Source: a virus
Lineage: Duplodnaviria > Caudoviricetes
IMG/VR virus record: IMGVR_UViG_3300044513_003764
Coordinates: 1 to 64,000 of that record
Length of the DNA stretch: 64,000 nt
Reading direction: 5' to 3' (one strand)
The notes below the pieces were generated by a model, which was not told the origin of the DNA, did not search any database, and was given only the letters and a program-made list of their open reading frames with translations. Position 1 is the first letter of the stretch, and each line of letters opens with the position of its first letter. Below are positions 1 to 7,823 of the stretch, piece after piece. A program made the position numbers and the translations under genes.

Positions 1-70
1 AAGCCCGAAACGTTATGCGCTCTGTATTTACAGTGCGTTGTTTTAGTTTTGCGGCAAATTTCTAGAGCTT

Positions 71-117
71 CACCCTGTAGGGGGCAGACTGTGATTAACA
101 GTCACTCCTACGGGGTG
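71..117. other. long imperfect inverted repeat / stem-loop
   Basis: CACCCTGTAGG...GACTGT-GATTA-ACAGTC...CCTACGGGGTG; arms pair with one G-U. Confidence 0.7.
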
Positions 118-233
118 TTGTTTCTAAGTTGCGTGATCATTTATGATCAGCCTGGTAGATTCTCTCCCTGAGCTTATGTAGGCTCACTGAGGGATTCTTC
201 CCTCCAATTCACATCAAATTACAGGTGATTCTC

Positions 234-554
234 ATGACTGTTTTGATCGATCAAGATGCACGTTGCGAGCTTGAACTCTACTCGTGCAATTTCTCTTCTG
301 CTCACTATAACGGTGTGGGCAAAGTTCTCTCCAAGTTTCATAAGAACGGCACTTACGATTACGAACGTGCTGTTAAGTTTATCGAGCGCAATTTGGTACT
401 TCCTGCAGCTAAGGATTACCTAATGTGCCATGGCTCGATGACTCAATCCCTGCGCAACACATTCCCTAAGAATCTGCGCATGATTATCGCTGAAGACATA
501 GCTAACACGTTCCGCGCTGAGTTCGAACTTGGCAACTATTGGGAGGTCAAGTGA
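234..554 (+). CDS. hypothetical early protein
   Basis: ORF track 225..554; ATG at 234 chosen; first of a tightly packed + strand series. Confidence 0.75.
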   Translation: MTVLIDQDARCELELYSCNFSSAHYNGVGKVLSKFHKNGTYDYERAVKFIERNLVLPAAKDYLMCHGSMTQSLRNTFPKNLRMIIAEDIANTFRAEFELGNYWEVK

Positions 555-556
555 TC

Positions 557-832
557 ATGTACTTCCAACATCTTTGCACTCACAACGACCGTAACGGAAA
601 CCCACGCAGACTCTTTGTCCTTTGTGATGACAAACGACGTGTGGCCGTTTGGGATGAGAAGCACTATGGGGTTGATGCAGTCCCTGGTGTCTGGCGCGAT
701 GCTGCTGATAGAGCAGAACGCCTAGAAATTACGCCGGGTTTGTATTACGAACTCAAGCGCAACTTGCCTTCACCTGACTGGGCTCATGAGGTGCCTGGTT
801 ATACCCATCTTCGTCTACTTCAGGAGCTCTGA
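557..832 (+). CDS. hypothetical early protein
   Basis: GGAGG at 542-546, ATG 557. Confidence 0.75.
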   Translation: MYFQHLCTHNDRNGNPRRLFVLCDDKRRVAVWDEKHYGVDAVPGVWRDAADRAERLEITPGLYYELKRNLPSPDWAHEVPGYTHLRLLQEL

Positions 833-836
833 GACT

Positions 837-1040
837 ATGCGACCTGATTATGCAACGCCCGAAGACTTCGCTAAGTGGAGATCCCACGCGGAGAGTTTAG
901 ATACCTATTCTCTGCGCTACATCATCACAGACTGTAGGCAAGCTGCAGCTAACTTGCGCCGGGTTAATCCTGTCCGTGAGGGTTATTACGAAGACCAAGC
1001 TTTCACTTACGCTGACGAACTTCACCGGAGGAAACTATGA
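837..1040 (+). CDS. hypothetical early protein
   Basis: ATG 837 just after upstream stop; ATGA coupling to next ORF. Confidence 0.7.
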   Translation: MRPDYATPEDFAKWRSHAESLDTYSLRYIITDCRQAAANLRRVNPVREGYYEDQAFTYADELHRRKL

Positions 1041-1312
1041 CCAAGACTAAATTGGCTACAGAAAGTGCTGTCTTACCTGCACACTGGGCAAGCTATTTGC
1101 TTAACGGCGATGCATCATCTTTCTCACTGAATGATGACGGAGGTGATACAGAGATTGCCTTGATCGATCAGGTTTTGGATGACTTAGGTTTCGGAAGTCC
1201 GGTGAGTTGTTCTAACGAATCTGACTTCGTTAAGTATCACGATGCTCACTATTACGGTGTGCTCGCTGGTGATTGCCTTACCTATTACTTCTTGGTTCCC
1301 ACAGAGAATTGA
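1037..1312 (+). CDS. hypothetical early protein
   Basis: GAGGA RBS, ATGA overlap. Confidence 0.75.
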   Translation: MTKTKLATESAVLPAHWASYLLNGDASSFSLNDDGGDTEIALIDQVLDDLGFGSPVSCSNESDFVKYHDAHYYGVLAGDCLTYYFLVPTEN

Positions 1313-1314
1313 TC

Positions 1315-1680
1315 ATGTCTTGCACTAAATTCACAGCCAATCTTCTTGCAGTTGAGCCTCACAGTGATCTCAAGTGGCGTTACTTCAAGTTTCTCTACTT
1401 GCTAGATCCTGTGGGTCAAGGTGACGAGAAAGTAGGCAACATTCAGATGAGTTCATCCACGGGCTTGTTTTATGTCGACTGGGAGCATGTTCCTGGTGAC
1501 GATGAGTTTCAGTGGCGCTCGTTTGATACCTACGAGAAAGCCCTTAAGTTTGTACGCTCTAACCTACTTAAATGGTGGCAGCAGTATCACACATTCGAGC
1601 AAGATAATGAGCTCGATGATGATAATGACTGGGGCAAAGAGTGCTACACGGCTGCCGAACGTAACTCATTCATGCGCTGA
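1315..1680 (+). CDS. hypothetical early protein
   Basis: ATG 1315 in frame with ORF 1273..1680. Confidence 0.7.
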   Translation: MSCTKFTANLLAVEPHSDLKWRYFKFLYLLDPVGQGDEKVGNIQMSSSTGLFYVDWEHVPGDDEFQWRSFDTYEKALKFVRSNLLKWWQQYHTFEQDNELDDDNDWGKECYTAAERNSFMR

Positions 1681-1682
1681 TT

Positions 1683-1889
1683 ATGAAGTTCCACGTTACT
1701 GAGATTGAGTTTGACCTCGATTGTGATGCTGCCGATGAAGAACTAACAGAGCAAGAACGAGTCGATCTCTACGAAGAATACGTCGGCACATTCTGGGATG
1801 CAGATGATGCCGATGACCTAATCGACAAGATAACTAACGAATCAGGTTGGTGCATCTTGCACATAGACTACCGTAACGTTCCTGTTTAA
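1683..1889 (+). CDS. small acidic hypothetical protein
   Basis: 68 aa, D/E-rich, packed between neighbours. Confidence 0.75.
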   Translation: MKFHVTEIEFDLDCDAADEELTEQERVDLYEEYVGTFWDADDADDLIDKITNESGWCILHIDYRNVPV

Positions 1890-1891
1890 CC

Positions 1892-2059
1892 ATGGACCAA
1901 GTTATCCTGCGCACCGTAATCACACTGAACGGTACAGACTTCACTGTGAAGGGCTGTGACTACACTCAGACCATCAACGATCTAATCAAAGACGGAATTA
2001 TCGAAGAGAACAACAACGAGATCATCGACTTCATCATTGAAGACTACGAGGAGCCCTAA
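1892..2059 (+). CDS. small acidic hypothetical protein (55 aa, below ORF-track cutoff)
   Basis: Hand translation MDQVILRTVITLNGTDF...IEDYEEP; fills the gap exactly. Confidence 0.65.
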   Translation: MDQVILRTVITLNGTDFTVKGCDYTQTINDLIKDGIIEENNNEIIDFIIEDYEEP

Positions 2060-2061
2060 TC

Positions 2062-2241
2062 GTGAAAGTGTCCCGTGAGTTTATGCGTCGCCTTCTTCGT
2101 GCTTACGAACAGGATTTGATCCAGTTAATTAACACCACGCCGGATCATCCTGGTGGCGATTGGGCTACTAAAGACCTAATGACTGTTGAAGACATTAGGG
2201 AGATGACCTTTGATCCTTTCCTACATCACATCGAGTTCTGA
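2062..2241 (+). CDS. hypothetical protein (59 aa)
   Basis: GTG start with GGAG upstream; MKVSREFMRRLLRAYEQDL...HHIEF; fills the gap. Confidence 0.6.
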   Translation: MKVSREFMRRLLRAYEQDLIQLINTTPDHPGGDWATKDLMTVEDIREMTFDPFLHHIEF

Positions 2242-2243
2242 TC

Positions 2244-2468
2244 ATGACCAAACTAACTCCCGAACAAGTAGATCTTCTGCGTGATTCTTACGCATGGAAG
2301 ATTGTTGATGACATGGATGTCAAGGATCTTATGGAATCCTGTGCGCTTCAGATAGCGAACGAGCTTATGAACGTGAAGCAGCAACAGTTAATCGCAGAGA
2401 TCACTGAGATGTATGACGAAGATACAGCTCAAGATCTAGTCAACAAAGTGATCACTCACACCAAATGA
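2244..2468 (+). CDS. hypothetical protein
   Basis: ORF track; coupled to next gene. Confidence 0.7.
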   Translation: MTKLTPEQVDLLRDSYAWKIVDDMDVKDLMESCALQIANELMNVKQQQLIAEITEMYDEDTAQDLVNKVITHTK

Positions 2469-3178
2469 ATGCCATGACTAACTACAAGGGCTACGTTCTT
2501 CAACGCGGTGTTTCACCCATCGACGGCAAACCTTTCGTCGTCATCATGACTATGAAGACCACCAATCGCAAGACTGGTGACATGGTTCAGGTCTGGGTTC
2601 TTCGGGATGACGTTAATCCTGTGGAAGCTATTGCCACGGGTGATGATTACAGTATCTGCGGCAATTGCAGTCACCGTAAGCAACCTGACGGCACTCGTTC
2701 TTGCTACGTCAACGTAGGTCAGGCTCCCTTAAGTATCTGGAAAGCCTACAAGCGTGGCACTTATGGCAAGCTGTCTGACCTGACGGCTGACATGCTGCAA
2801 GGTCGCAAGATCCGCTGGGGTGCCTACGGGGATCCTGCGCTTGTCTCGCCGATCCTGTTTGCAACGATCAATGAGCATGCGGCAGGTCACACAGGCTACA
2901 CACATCAATGGCGCGAGCCTTGGGCACAGTGGTGCAAGGGATTGTTTCAGGCATCCTGTGATGGTATGGCTGACTACCTTGACGCTAGCGCTCACGGGTG
3001 GCAGACTTTCGCAGTAATCCCTAAGGGATCAAAAGCGTACAGTGGCAAGCTTTGTCCAGCCACGGCTGAGAACTCGCAAGCTCAGTGTGCAACTTGCAGC
3101 CTGTGTGATGGTGCCAAGACTGACATCTTCGTAGAGGCTCACGGGTCTGGCGCTAAGTATGTCACCGCATCCCGCTAA
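2465..3178 (+). CDS. Cys-rich Gp88-like (radical-SAM-like / Fe-S) phage protein
   Basis: CGNCxHR..SCYV, RWGAYGDP, ASCD, CPAT, CATCSLC motifs. Confidence 0.6.
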   Translation: MNAMTNYKGYVLQRGVSPIDGKPFVVIMTMKTTNRKTGDMVQVWVLRDDVNPVEAIATGDDYSICGNCSHRKQPDGTRSCYVNVGQAPLSIWKAYKRGTYGKLSDLTADMLQGRKIRWGAYGDPALVSPILFATINEHAAGHTGYTHQWREPWAQWCKGLFQASCDGMADYLDASAHGWQTFAVIPKGSKAYSGKLCPATAENSQAQCATCSLCDGAKTDIFVEAHGSGAKYVTASR

Positions 3179-3198
3179 CGCGGGGCCAACTCACACAA
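3171..3198 (+). repeat. hairpin + C/A-rich leader element, copy 1
   Basis: CCCGC-TAAC-GCGGG-GCCAACTCACACAA; copy 2 at 4437. Confidence 0.7.
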
Positions 3199-3220
3199 AA
3201 CACTCACACATCACATCATC

Positions 3221-3433
3221 ATGGTTGCTTACAACGTCTACGAACAGTCTGCACACTCGCTTGCTTACCACGCTGCGCGACGCTTCAAGCATCTCCTAGT
3301 GAGCGGGATGCTGCCGGGTGACATCATCGACAAGCTCGAAGAAGAGGTTATCCCTGCACTCGAGTGGATCGAAGGATGGGAGCCTTCTGATGCTGACATC
3401 CAAGCTCACATCGATTCGCGGGGAATGTTCTAA
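3221..3433 (+). CDS. hypothetical protein
   Basis: ORF track; follows leader element. Confidence 0.75.
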   Translation: MVAYNVYEQSAHSLAYHAARRFKHLLVSGMLPGDIIDKLEEEVIPALEWIEGWEPSDADIQAHIDSRGMF

Positions 3434-3612
3434 ACGCCCCTGACAACTCCGCTGATCTGATCTTCTAAACGACGCAGTGTATCTTCGCCTGGGTTAGGTA
3501 TCTCACCCTTACGGATCATCTCATAGATAATCCGAGCCTCTTCTCTATGACGAGCCCTCTCCTCAGGCATCATCGCAACTAGCTCACCTTCAAGAAACTC
3601 AGAAGGACTCAC
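3430..3612 (-). CDS. hypothetical protein (lone antisense gene)
   Basis: 60 aa GTG ORF, charged and helical-looking, fills the gap between two + genes. Confidence 0.5.
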   Translation of the reverse strand: MSPSEFLEGELVAMMPEERARHREEARIIYEMIRKGEIPNPGEDTLRRLEDQISGVVRGV

Positions 3613-3649
3613 GTTGCATAAGTAACTCCATCAAGTCTAACAAGCTACC

Positions 3650-4231
3650 ATGCTCAAAGTAACTAACAGGACTAGAGCTTCAAAGACAGCAGGGAAGTTT
3701 ATCTACTGCCCGCACTGTGGTTCTCAACATCGAGTCTTTCACTTCGCTTGGTCAGCTAGTGAATGCACTGACTGTGGCAACTGGTCAGATAAATGCGAGT
3801 ATCTGCTCGAGAAGCCCACGCTGCCCAAGAAAGATCGGCCAGTAATCGCTCTGATCTTCGATCGCAGCTTCTGGAGCTTCATCGACAAGTTCAATGAGCA
3901 CATTCTCTATGACTACGGCTACGAACTTGTAGAAGTAGACAGCAGCGGGACACGATCAGCATGGCACTATCGACCTATAGGCAACGACGACTACGATTCA
4001 GCGGAGGATCTACCTCTGTGGGTCTGGGATGACCTGCGCGAGTGCCTCTCACTGAGACACAACATGATCCCCGAGGATCTAAGCGTCTGCAGGCGCATGG
4101 TTGACCCTGGTCTTGGCATAATGCTGCCGGAAGACCTAGAAATTCTCAAACGAGGTGGACTCCCCGATGGCTGCATCCGAGCAAATCATGCTCCCACGCC
4201 TGAATTGCAATCACCGGAACATCCTGCGTAG
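3650..4231 (+). CDS. Zn-ribbon domain protein
   Basis: YCPHCG...ECTDCG CxxC pairs. Confidence 0.7.
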   Translation: MLKVTNRTRASKTAGKFIYCPHCGSQHRVFHFAWSASECTDCGNWSDKCEYLLEKPTLPKKDRPVIALIFDRSFWSFIDKFNEHILYDYGYELVEVDSSGTRSAWHYRPIGNDDYDSAEDLPLWVWDDLRECLSLRHNMIPEDLSVCRRMVDPGLGIMLPEDLEILKRGGLPDGCIRANHAPTPELQSPEHPA

Positions 4232-4436
4232 GGCGATCACTCAGGAGAGAGCCTCGGCTGGTTCGTTCTTCACTGTGGGTAAGGGGATCTCCAACCGAAA
4301 CCACGGTTACAGCAACGCGCTCAAGAAACTAAGAGCTCTGGGTTTGATCGAAGTGATCGAGAACGGAGAGGCGATCTTGCATTGGCAGGTTCGACTGCTC
4401 GTCTGCCCGGATGCGCTCAGCAAACTGCTTAGCTAA
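4188..4436 (+). CDS. putative winged-helix DNA-binding protein
   Basis: NALKKLRALGLIEV recognition helix/wing pattern; ATG 4188. Confidence 0.5.
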   Translation: MLPRLNCNHRNILRRAITQERASAGSFFTVGKGISNRNHGYSNALKKLRALGLIEVIENGEAILHWQVRLLVCPDALSKLLS

Positions 4437-4463
4437 CCCGCTTCGCGGGGCCGACTCACACAA
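4437..4463 (+). repeat. hairpin + C/A-rich leader element, copy 2
   Basis: CCCGC-TTC-GCGGG-GCCGACTCACACAA. Confidence 0.7.
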
Positions 4464-4479
4464 TTACAACACTCTCACC

Positions 4480-4632
4480 ATGATCAAGGAAAAGCTTCCT
4501 GTCATCATTTGCCTGCTAAGTTTGGGTTTTGCTTACTATGTCCTTGAACACGCCCCAAAACCCGAACGACTCAGCACCAGTCCGACGCAAACGACTCAAG
4601 AAGAAGTTAATGGAGCTGGGAATCGGTTCTAA
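4480..4632 (+). CDS. small single-pass membrane protein
   Basis: MIKEK then hydrophobic LPVIICLLSLGFAYYVL; ATG 4480 after leader element. Confidence 0.65.
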   Translation: MIKEKLPVIICLLSLGFAYYVLEHAPKPERLSTSPTQTTQEEVNGAGNRF

Positions 4633-4762
4633 AGCTGTCAACGTGCGTCTCAAGACAATACGGGTCAATCACGCCAAAGTAGATGAAGTAAGGCAACTCC
4701 TCATCTATCTAGGGGCTGAGAACGAGTACCGTATCCTTCCCAAACCTGACTACCGCACATGA
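4610..4762 (+). CDS. hypothetical protein (50 aa)
   Basis: ATG 4610 in ORF 4529..4762. Confidence 0.55.
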   Translation: MELGIGSKAVNVRLKTIRVNHAKVDEVRQLLIYLGAENEYRILPKPDYRT

Positions 4763-4887
4763 AGAAACGACTGATCGACTTGCTCCTTGCATCGATTGTT
4801 TTAATTGGTCTCACTTCTATTGCCCACGCTCATCACAATGAGCCCGAACAACACAACTCACCTAGCATTGAGGGACACTGTGAGTGA
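4759..4887 (+). CDS. 42-aa peptide with Sec-type signal sequence and His-rich tail
   Basis: MKKRLIDLLLASIVLIGLTSIAHA-HHNEPEQHNSPSIEGHCE; ATGA overlap with upstream stop. Confidence 0.6.
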   Translation: MKKRLIDLLLASIVLIGLTSIAHAHHNEPEQHNSPSIEGHCE

Positions 4888-5110
4888 GAAGATGGTGCGC
4901 TTCACGAAGCAAGAGATCCTAACGATCCAACGAGCACTTAACGCCTTACGAGTACGGAACGAACTCAGGTGTATCTCTGCTTCTGAAGATCACAAGCGGG
5001 AGCTGATGAAAACCGTCGAAGACATTCACTACCTCGAAACCAAACTGACCCTCATCGAACCAGACTCAAATGTCACTCTCGAATGCCCTCAAGCCATTTG
5101 CGATGTATGA
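4880..5110 (+). CDS. hypothetical coiled-coil protein
   Basis: GTG 4880 or ATG 4892 in ORF 4805..5110. Confidence 0.6.
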   Translation: MSEKMVRFTKQEILTIQRALNALRVRNELRCISASEDHKRELMKTVEDIHYLETKLTLIEPDSNVTLECPQAICDV

Positions 5111-5387
5111 AGGCAGGGAAATCTCAGCTAAAACGCTGGTGATCTTCTTGGCTATCGCAGAAGCTGGGGAGGATGGAATCCTTCAGGCCGATCTCGTACG
5201 GCAGCTAAAGCTTGATAAGAGCAACGTCTCGCGAAACTGCCTCTTACTTGCAGCGCAGACTGAGAAAGGAACTGTGGGGCTCAAGCTGATCGACAAGAAG
5301 CCGTCACCCACGAACGCCTCGATCAACCTGTTGCAGTTGACTCCTGAAGGCAAGCTCTTGTACTCCTCGATACTTGAAAGGCTCTAA
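5103..5387 (+). CDS. MarR-like winged-helix transcriptional regulator
   Basis: IFLAIAEA..ILQADLVRQLKLDKSNVSRN..GLKLI..LLQLTPEGK. Confidence 0.75.
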   Translation: MYEGREISAKTLVIFLAIAEAGEDGILQADLVRQLKLDKSNVSRNCLLLAAQTEKGTVGLKLIDKKPSPTNASINLLQLTPEGKLLYSSILERL

Positions 5388-5410
5388 ACTCGATCAGCTT
5401 CAGTTACTTC

Positions 5411-5929
5411 GTGGGCGTTCTCGCAGACTTTCAGATCGCTGCCTTGTGTGCCTCAGGGATGATCACCCCGTTCGATAGGGAGTTGGTCAACCCAGCAAGC
5501 CTTGATGTAAGACTCGGTGAAACGGTCCTGCTTGAAGCTGAAGCCTGTGGGTTGAGGGAACTGAGCCTCCACGGATTCACTAAGGAGCAGCCCTTCTATT
5601 TGAATCCAGATGAGTTCATCCTGGCTCACACGCTGGAAACCTTCAACATCCCGGATCACTTGGCGGCGCAGTTCGCGCTGAAGTCCTCAGTTGCACGGGC
5701 GGGTCTTGAGCATCTTCTCGCTGGGTTTATCGATCCCGGATTCAGTGATTCGGTGCTTACGCTTGAGTTGAAGAACGCTCGTCGGCTCGAGCGCTTCCCG
5801 TTGTGGCCCGGCATGAGGATTGGTCAGATCATCTTCAGCACGATGGATCAGGTGCCACTCTCTAGCTATAAGGAGACGGGTCGCTACAACGGGGACGCGA
5901 GTGTCGCTGCATGCAAAGGACTCCTTTGA
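5411..5929 (+). CDS. dcd: dCTP deaminase
   Basis: VNPASLDVRLG, KSSVARAGL, AGFIDPGF, LTLEL, GMRIGQI, YNGD motifs. Confidence 0.92.
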   Translation: MGVLADFQIAALCASGMITPFDRELVNPASLDVRLGETVLLEAEACGLRELSLHGFTKEQPFYLNPDEFILAHTLETFNIPDHLAAQFALKSSVARAGLEHLLAGFIDPGFSDSVLTLELKNARRLERFPLWPGMRIGQIIFSTMDQVPLSSYKETGRYNGDASVAACKGLL

Positions 5930-5990
5930 TGCCGCGCGGCGCTCAGTCGCGTAAAAAGGACTACAGAAAGATAAATTCTTTACAATCAGA

Positions 5991-6053
5991 AGCAAATGAC
6001 GGTCAAACTATTCTTGTAGAGTAAAAGTTTTTATTAAGAACTTTTGAGTTTAC
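5991..6053. repeat. bipartite element, copy 1
   Basis: AGCAAATGACGGTCA-N32-GAACTTTTGAGTTTAC; copy 2 at 40778. Confidence 0.75.
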
Positions 6054-6093
6054 TATAAGATCAAGTCAAACCAGATAACTCTACGAGGCAGGC

Positions 6094-6122
6094 TTGACAA
6101 AGGGTGCAACATCCTTTATCTT
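6094..6122 (+). promoter_or_regulatory. sigma70-type promoter with near-palindromic spacer
   Basis: TTGACA-17 nt (AAGGGTGCAACATCCTT)-TATCTT. Confidence 0.7.
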
Positions 6123-6181
6123 GCTCTCAGTGGCGGCACAGAGCCTACAACGCGGTGCACACTACCCCACATCACACCGAC

Positions 6182-6607
6182 ATGACAAAGTCAACCATCA
6201 ACGATCTTGTCGAGCAGGGTCGCCACGCAGCCTCGCTGTACGACGAGTGTGACACCGCGCTTACGCAGCTCAACGATGCTTTCGGGATCCCTTACGAAGC
6301 CTCCCGCTCAAACCTCACCAACGATCTGATTCAGGCAGACGTAAAGGGTCTGGACCTGAGTATCTTCCAAGGCAAGGAGTCCTTGTTCAAGTACCCAGAT
6401 TTCGACACGCACATCGTCGTGCGGATCAACCGGGTTGCTTCAGGTAACAGCAAGCTCACCAAGATAGATCAGAGGATCGCAGTCATGGAGGAGAAGTTGA
6501 AGCTTTTGAAACTCCAGCGCAAGCACTTGGTCACTGAGCTGGCAACGGTCGGCGCGGTCGACTTCATCACCGACAAAATCACCACTGTGTTCTCTCGTCT
6601 GAAGTGA
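6182..6607 (+). CDS. hypothetical coiled-coil protein, first gene of the AAA/VWA cassette
   Basis: ATG 6182 after C/A-rich leader. Confidence 0.75.
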   Translation: MTKSTINDLVEQGRHAASLYDECDTALTQLNDAFGIPYEASRSNLTNDLIQADVKGLDLSIFQGKESLFKYPDFDTHIVVRINRVASGNSKLTKIDQRIAVMEEKLKLLKLQRKHLVTELATVGAVDFITDKITTVFSRLK

Positions 6608-7821
6608 CTACCATGCAAGACAAAGTTTTTATCCTCAAAGTAGAAATAAGCGCCAGTGTGCGACAGAGCACACAGATTAAGTTCGACGACCTTAAGCTCC
6701 CTACGTCTGTCGTAGACGCTCTGAAAAAGCAGCAGTCGGTATCGGTGCGCCCGACCATCTCAGGGAAGCTGCGGGAGTTCTTGGATCGTCTGCGGACTCA
6801 ACAAAGGCACCTTTACGACGACTGCACTATCCATCAGGGTGATACTCACTTCCTGCACGAGGACTACTTCCACGAGGCTATGGAAGTTATCGCGCAGATT
6901 CGTAGAGATGCCGCTAAGTACAACGAACAACTTCAGGAACTCTGGCACGAAGAGTACGGCAGGTGGGCTGTCATGGTTGATGGCTTTCTCGAGCCGTTAT
7001 TCTCAGAAGACGAAGAAGCCTTGCGGTTAGCGAAGGAGGCTTACCTGTCGTTGTTCCCCACTAAGCAGGAATTCCAGAACCCGATCAAGGTCTTTGTACT
7101 GGGACCGAACCCCGTTGTCTTAGAAACGGCTACTTCTGTAGAGGATCACCCTCTGAGCGCGGAAATACGCGAAGCCGCACTGGTAAACACGACGGAGGTT
7201 CTAGAAGCTGCCAAAGTTGGAGCTGCAGACAGAGCATGCCTAAAGGCAGCAGAGCTCCTCGACGACCTGGATGTTCGGATCCCGAGCAAGGTTGGTGCAA
7301 GGCAAACGGGAGGAGACAAGCGAAGAGGGTCTTGGGAAATCGCTGCGCAAGAACTCGAACTAATTGCCACGCACTGCCCTGGCTTTCAGAATCTTTCGCA
7401 GTTGTCTCGCGAGCTGATGGACGTGGGCGTCAAACTCCAAGCCGCTGATGCCAAAGCTAAGCATGCCGCTTATCAGAAGTTCACTGAGCTCAAAGGAGTT
7501 ATCCGCAAGGAACTCGAGAGCATCGTCTCTAAGCGAGATTCCTCAGAGGGAATCGAGAGCCTGAAGCGTTCGCTCGCCTTGTCTGGAACTTACCGTGATC
7601 TACTGGCTCAGATCCAGGAAGCAGAGACGCAGGACCAACTCGATAAGCTTTACGACAACATCCAGACAGAGAAGGATGTCTACGAGCAGCGCGCTCGACA
7701 CTTGCAGCAGCTGTTTGAGCAACGCACGGAACTGATCCGCGCTTCAAACGTAAACCTCGACGACATACTCGAAGAGGTGAAACAAATGAACCCAACCAAC
7801 ACTGACGACTGCGACTTCTGA
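6604..7821 (+). CDS. DUF3150-like helical protein
   Basis: 405 aa, helical; N-terminal pattern and position next to AAA+VWA recall DUF3150. Confidence 0.5.
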   Translation: MTTMQDKVFILKVEISASVRQSTQIKFDDLKLPTSVVDALKKQQSVSVRPTISGKLREFLDRLRTQQRHLYDDCTIHQGDTHFLHEDYFHEAMEVIAQIRRDAAKYNEQLQELWHEEYGRWAVMVDGFLEPLFSEDEEALRLAKEAYLSLFPTKQEFQNPIKVFVLGPNPVVLETATSVEDHPLSAEIREAALVNTTEVLEAAKVGAADRACLKAAELLDDLDVRIPSKVGARQTGGDKRRGSWEIAAQELELIATHCPGFQNLSQLSRELMDVGVKLQAADAKAKHAAYQKFTELKGVIRKELESIVSKRDSSEGIESLKRSLALSGTYRDLLAQIQEAETQDQLDKLYDNIQTEKDVYEQRARHLQQLFEQRTELIRASNVNLDDILEEVKQMNPTNTDDCDF

Positions 7822-7823
7822 CA

